A stretch of DNA of 64,000 nucleotides, taken from a virus. The stretch covers positions 28,701-92,700 of IMG/VR virus record IMGVR_UViG_3300010413_000011; one strand, 5' to 3'. The notes below the pieces were generated by a model. The model ran no database searches and was not told the DNA's origin. It worked only from the letters and a program-made list of their open reading frames with translations. This document shows positions 60,385-64,000 of the stretch, piece by piece. A program made the position numbers and the translations under genes. The number at the start of each line of letters is the position of its first letter. The stretch's first letter is position 1.

Positions 60385-60999
60385 ATGAAGATTGGGATTG
60401 CGATAACAGGTGCTAGTGGTCAAATCTACGCGTATAGACTTTTGCGCCTGCTCGAGAAGCATATCTTGACCGGTTGGCAAATCTCGGTCGTTGTTTCCGA
60501 GACCGCATTCAAGATTATGCACTTAGAAGGAGTTCCGTGGAAATATATCAAATATATTGAGAAGGAAAGACCTCAGATTGTAAGGCATAACATCAAGGAC
60601 TTCACCGCTCCAATCGCCTCGGGCTCTTATGGCCTCGATTGTCTCATTGTCATACCTTGCACTGTCGGTGCCCTGGGTCGCATTGCTAGTGGAGTTTGCG
60701 ACGACCTTATCACTCGGGCGGCTCACGTCCAACTAAAAGACCGAAGAAAACTAATTGTAGTATTGAGGGAAACACCCTTAAATTTGATCGATATACGAAA
60801 TATGGAGACGGTGACTTTGGCGGGTGGAATTATAATGCCAGCATCGCCCGGATTATATTTAGTTCAACATCGAGTTGGTTGTATTGTTCGCGGAGACGTT
60901 ACCTTCGAAGAAGTGGCTGACAAATTTGTTGAACGAGTCTGGGATATAGCACGGTTACCGGATATAGGACAAAAGAGATGGGGTGAAAACAATGGCTAG
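60385..60999 (+). CDS. ubiX: flavin prenyltransferase UbiX
   Basis: ITGASG, APIASGS, IPCT..LGRIASG, LITRAA.V.LKDRRKL, LRETPL, PASPGLY. Confidence 0.93.
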   Translation: MKIGIAITGASGQIYAYRLLRLLEKHILTGWQISVVVSETAFKIMHLEGVPWKYIKYIEKERPQIVRHNIKDFTAPIASGSYGLDCLIVIPCTVGALGRIASGVCDDLITRAAHVQLKDRRKLIVVLRETPLNLIDIRNMETVTLAGGIIMPASPGLYLVQHRVGCIVRGDVTFEEVADKFVERVWDIARLPDIGQKRWGENNG

Positions 61000-61019
61000 T
61001 AACAGGAGGAGGTCAAACA

Positions 61020-61496
61020 ATGTGGGCGGAAAAAAATGTGTCTTACTCGATTAGGGTGCATCTCGAGGACTTTAAACGTCTCCGAATCATCAGGCGGCGG
61101 TACAAACAAGAGACCGGGAGGCGTTTAAGATTCGAACCAATCGAAGAGAGGCTATGCGCAGCGAGAAAATATTTGATTCAAACCAGAATAAGGCGTACCC
61201 TCCCAGATGAACTAACCGTCGAAGATTGGGCTCGCGTTTACGCGATCGTCTTAGGTTATGGAACTAAACAATTGAAGGAGTGCGGTGGCATCAGATTAAC
61301 TGACGTTAGTGAACGCACTTGGTGGCCAACTCAACAATGTCGATGTGGAGCAAAGAACAGCAAGGTCCAACAGGACATAACACCGATGGGTAACTTAACC
61401 TTCGTTTGTCCAATCTGTAAACAACCAAAAAGAAGGTTCGTCAAAGATGACGAGGATAAGATAATACCGAAGAAAAGAAAATTTAAGAAGAAGTAG
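61020..61496 (+). CDS. hypothetical basic protein with Zn ribbon
   Basis: GAGGAGG SD; CRCG...CPIC; Lys-rich end. Confidence 0.65.
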   Translation: MWAEKNVSYSIRVHLEDFKRLRIIRRRYKQETGRRLRFEPIEERLCAARKYLIQTRIRRTLPDELTVEDWARVYAIVLGYGTKQLKECGGIRLTDVSERTWWPTQQCRCGAKNSKVQQDITPMGNLTFVCPICKQPKRRFVKDDEDKIIPKKRKFKKK

Positions 61497-61608
61497 ATTA
61501 GTTTCCTGCCTGGAGCTTGACCTCCTCCAACGCAGGCCGGGGTGTTCGGGAGTCGGCTCACCGCCAACGTCGACTCCCGACACCTGCCTTTGGTAGAAGG
61601 ATAGTGTT

Positions 61609-62274
61609 ATGAAATTCAGTAAAAATGATAAAGGTCTTCCACCCATCGATTATATGGCTCTCCGGCGGCTCGAAAGTCGGCTGGCTAATTGTCAAGGATG
61701 TGCGCTCTCCCACACGCGAACCAATCCTGTGTTGATGAGGAGCAATAGACTCGAGCAGGGTGGTATTCTACTTATAGGGGAGGCCCCAGGCCGGAATGAA
61801 GATGAAGTCGGGGTACCCTTTATTGGTAGGGCTGGACAAAGATTAAACAAAATTCTTTATAAGCATCAGGACGTTCCTTATCAAATTGCCAATGCAGTCT
61901 GTTGTCGTCCTCCGAAGAATCGAACTCCTGACGAATTTGAAGTTGAGACTTGTTTATTTCATTTAAGGCTCTTGATTTCTATTCTTCAACCTCGTATCCT
62001 AATATGCCTAGGACGAGTTGCTGCATTCTCTCTGTTCGCGTTATTTCATAGTCAAGCCAAATTTCAAGGCGACAGTATTAAATTGATAGGTCCGATTTCA
62101 GTAACACGGTCAGAAGTCAACGCGATCCAAATGAATGATAAAGTGATTCGGCATTGGTTGAGAACTTGGCATCCGTCATTCGTAATGAAACCTTGGAACA
62201 AGGATAAGTTCGGTCCTTATTTCGACGAGGATATAAATATTGCTTTCGATTATTGGAGAAGATGGTATGGCTAA
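61609..62274 (+). CDS. udg: family 4 uracil-DNA glycosylase
   Basis: CQGCAL, IGEAPGRNEDEVGVPFIGRAG, NAVCCRPPKNRTP, TWHPS. Confidence 0.9.
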   Translation: MKFSKNDKGLPPIDYMALRRLESRLANCQGCALSHTRTNPVLMRSNRLEQGGILLIGEAPGRNEDEVGVPFIGRAGQRLNKILYKHQDVPYQIANAVCCRPPKNRTPDEFEVETCLFHLRLLISILQPRILICLGRVAAFSLFALFHSQAKFQGDSIKLIGPISVTRSEVNAIQMNDKVIRHWLRTWHPSFVMKPWNKDKFGPYFDEDINIAFDYWRRWYG

Positions 62275-62899
62275 ATTTGTGAAGGCAGGTGAAACAAATT
62301 GGAAAGAAAAAAAGAGATCTAAACTCTCGGTTCGCCGAGTAATCGTTAATGACTTGAAACGACTGATTGGTCAGAACAGAACCGACGACGAAATAATGGA
62401 AGAGTTGGGATTAAGTCTCAACGAGTTGAGATATTATCGGAAACTAATGTTTAAAGTCGGTGCTGAAGAGCTTAGAGAGACGAGCACCGAGGAGTCCTAC
62501 CTTGACTATTGTATAAGACAACGAGAAAATCTAAGAGAGTTAGACAAAGCCATAAAAAACTTTCAAGGTTCTAGACAGTATAATGCCTTGGTAGGAGCGA
62601 TCAAGGCTAAGGCAGACATACTTAACGACATGGTTGACAAAGGTCAAGCTCTAGGCTTTTTAGATAAAGTTCCCGATCGTCTGCAAGTTCTTGCAGGAAT
62701 ACAATTGAAAGATATGAGTTCTAAACAAATGCGCGACCAACTAGAGAAGTATTTGTTGGAAATAAAAGGCATGGCTGGCGAGTTGAAAGGAAAACCGGGT
62801 GTCGTTCTAGATACTCTCTTGGACGAAATCGAGGGTATGAAAAATGTCACACCGGCCCTGCCTCCTGCTCCAGGGAAAAAACAATTCCGTCGAGATTAA
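62267..62899 (+). CDS. putative terminase small subunit (HTH)
   Basis: DDEIMEELGLSLNELRYY HTH, directly upstream of TerL. Confidence 0.55.
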   Translation: MAKFVKAGETNWKEKKRSKLSVRRVIVNDLKRLIGQNRTDDEIMEELGLSLNELRYYRKLMFKVGAEELRETSTEESYLDYCIRQRENLRELDKAIKNFQGSRQYNALVGAIKAKADILNDMVDKGQALGFLDKVPDRLQVLAGIQLKDMSSKQMRDQLEKYLLEIKGMAGELKGKPGVVLDTLLDEIEGMKNVTPALPPAPGKKQFRRD

Positions 62900-62943
62900 A
62901 ATTCTTTCTTAAATTTTTTTAACTGCAAGCCACTTATCAAATC

Positions 62944-62972
62944 TTGATTTGGCCCGAGGACTGTAGTATAAG
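62944..62972 (+). promoter_or_regulatory. promoter-like element upstream of TerL
   Basis: TTGATT-N17-TATAAG, ending 8 nt before ATG 62981. Confidence 0.4.
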
Positions 62973-62980
62973 AATATACT

Positions 62981-64000
62981 ATGGGGCGACGGCTCACTAA
63001 CTATCAACTCTCAACGAACGATGACTTGCCAAGCAGGTTATTGTTGGCGTACCGCACTAGGAATGAGTTACTTCGGCATCTTATTCTTCAACAAAAACGC
63101 GCTGACATTCTTTATCGAAAAATTCTCGGGCTTACTTTAAAACCATTTCATCTAACAATGATGAATCATAGCTTGGGCCGTAAAACCTCTCTTACGTTAG
63201 CACCCCGCGGATTCGGTAAGTCAACGATCTTAACCATTGCCTTTAACGTTTTTAAAATTCTTCAAAATCCTAACATTCGAATTCTAATAGCTTCAAAAAC
63301 CGATAAACAAGCTGAGAAATTTTTAAGGGAAATTAAAGCCTTCCTAAAGTTGCCTTCCTTGGTTGAGGTTTTCGGAGATCAGGTTGGAGAGAAATGGGAC
63401 ACAAGAGAGATAATCGTTCGCGGTCGAACTAGAATCGCCAAGGAACCAACGGTATCGACCGTCGGTGTGGCAGGTTCGGTTGTTGGTGGCCATTACGATA
63501 TAGTGATTAAGGATGACCTGGTGGAGGAACAAAACTCGAGGACTGAAACCCAACGAAAACAACTGTTAACCTGGTATCAAAAAGTTCTGGAACCTTGTAT
63601 CGAGCCTTGGGGAATCGATCAAACTGTTGGTACTCGTTATCACCCCGACGATCTTTACGGTCATCTTATTCGAACTCAATTTCGGAAGGCGAAGAAAAAA
63701 GGTTACCTTCGGATCGGGCCTTTTGATAAAGACGGAAATAGTATTTGGCCAGAGCGATATACAGTTGATTATTTAAAAAAGAAAAAAGGTCGAATCGGAA
63801 TTACAAATTTTATGTCTCAGTACCATAACGATACTAGTTTTATGGAGGGCGATTTCTTTTCAGCTGATGATTTTCTCTTCTACGATTTCCCACCACCGAA
63901 TCTGAAAGTATTCCAGGGAGTTGATCTAGCAATCAGGCAAACAGAGAAGGCAAGTCGGTTCGCAACAGTAACGATAGGAATCGATGAACCTAAAGAAGAT
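62981..64000 (+). CDS. terL: terminase large subunit (partial, runs off the window; absent from the ORF track)
   Basis: Own translation from ATG 62981: LAPRGFGKST Walker A, GGHYDIVIKDDLV Walker B, GTRYHPDDLY, GVDLA nuclease motif. Confidence 0.9.
   Translation, partial: MGRRLTNYQLSTNDDLPSRLLLAYRTRNELLRHLILQQKRADILYRKILGLTLKPFHLTMMNHSLGRKTSLTLAPRGFGKSTILTIAFNVFKILQNPNIRILIASKTDKQAEKFLREIKAFLKLPSLVEVFGDQVGEKWDTREIIVRGRTRIAKEPTVSTVGVAGSVVGGHYDIVIKDDLVEEQNSRTETQRKQLLTWYQKVLEPCIEPWGIDQTVGTRYHPDDLYGHLIRTQFRKAKKKGYLRIGPFDKDGNSIWPERYTVDYLKKKKGRIGITNFMSQYHNDTSFMEGDFFSADDFLFYDFPPPNLKVFQGVDLAIRQTEKASRFATVTIGIDEPKED

Noticed and set aside
1-64000. tRNA/tmRNA genes, inteins, introns and stop-codon recoding
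   Set aside because: No cloverleaf with T-loop and CCA was recognised by eye; polA, nrdJ, the helicases, recA and the visible terL are uninterrupted and of normal length under the standard code; a tRNAscan/ARAGORN run was not possible

Overview
The window is a segment of a large tailed dsDNA phage genome. The host is probably an anaerobic bacterium, judged from the B12-dependent RNR, a tungsten/molybdopterin AOR-type enzyme, strong Shine-Dalgarno sites and sigma70-type promoters. Layout: (i) 1-35.9 kb is a replication/recombination/nucleotide module (sigma factor, SF2 helicase, primase-helicase, UDG-fused PolA, UvsY-like, gp32-like SSB, 5' nuclease, NrdJ, RecA, Mre11/Rad50, DHH, RuvC, HU). 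(ii) 36.2-47.8 kb is a minus-strand cluster of small accessory genes. (iii) 48-53.6 kb is a largely non-coding, highly ordered repeat region from which transcription diverges. (iv) 52.7-62.3 kb is a plus-strand early-type cluster containing UbiX and a UDG. (v) The terminase genes run off the right end. The best candidate for an undescribed system is an enzyme set embedded in the replication operon: radical SAM, aldehyde:ferredoxin oxidoreductase with an Fe-S subunit, UbiD (its UbiX partner lies 41 kb away), a ThyX with altered active-site motifs, three TGT/DpdA-fold proteins, a PRTase, a P-loop kinase, a dUTPase, a GT2 and a Thr-nucleophile sulfatase-like protein. Together these suggest a novel redox/(de)carboxylation-based base modification pathway, which is inference. 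The second candidate is the repeat region: seven box pairs spaced exactly 95 bp apart, and an array of eight 16-bp palindrome-family boxes (five perfect) with alternating ~81/~71-bp spacing enclosed by a perfect 32-bp inverted repeat. All family calls come from motif recognition by eye; no searches were run.
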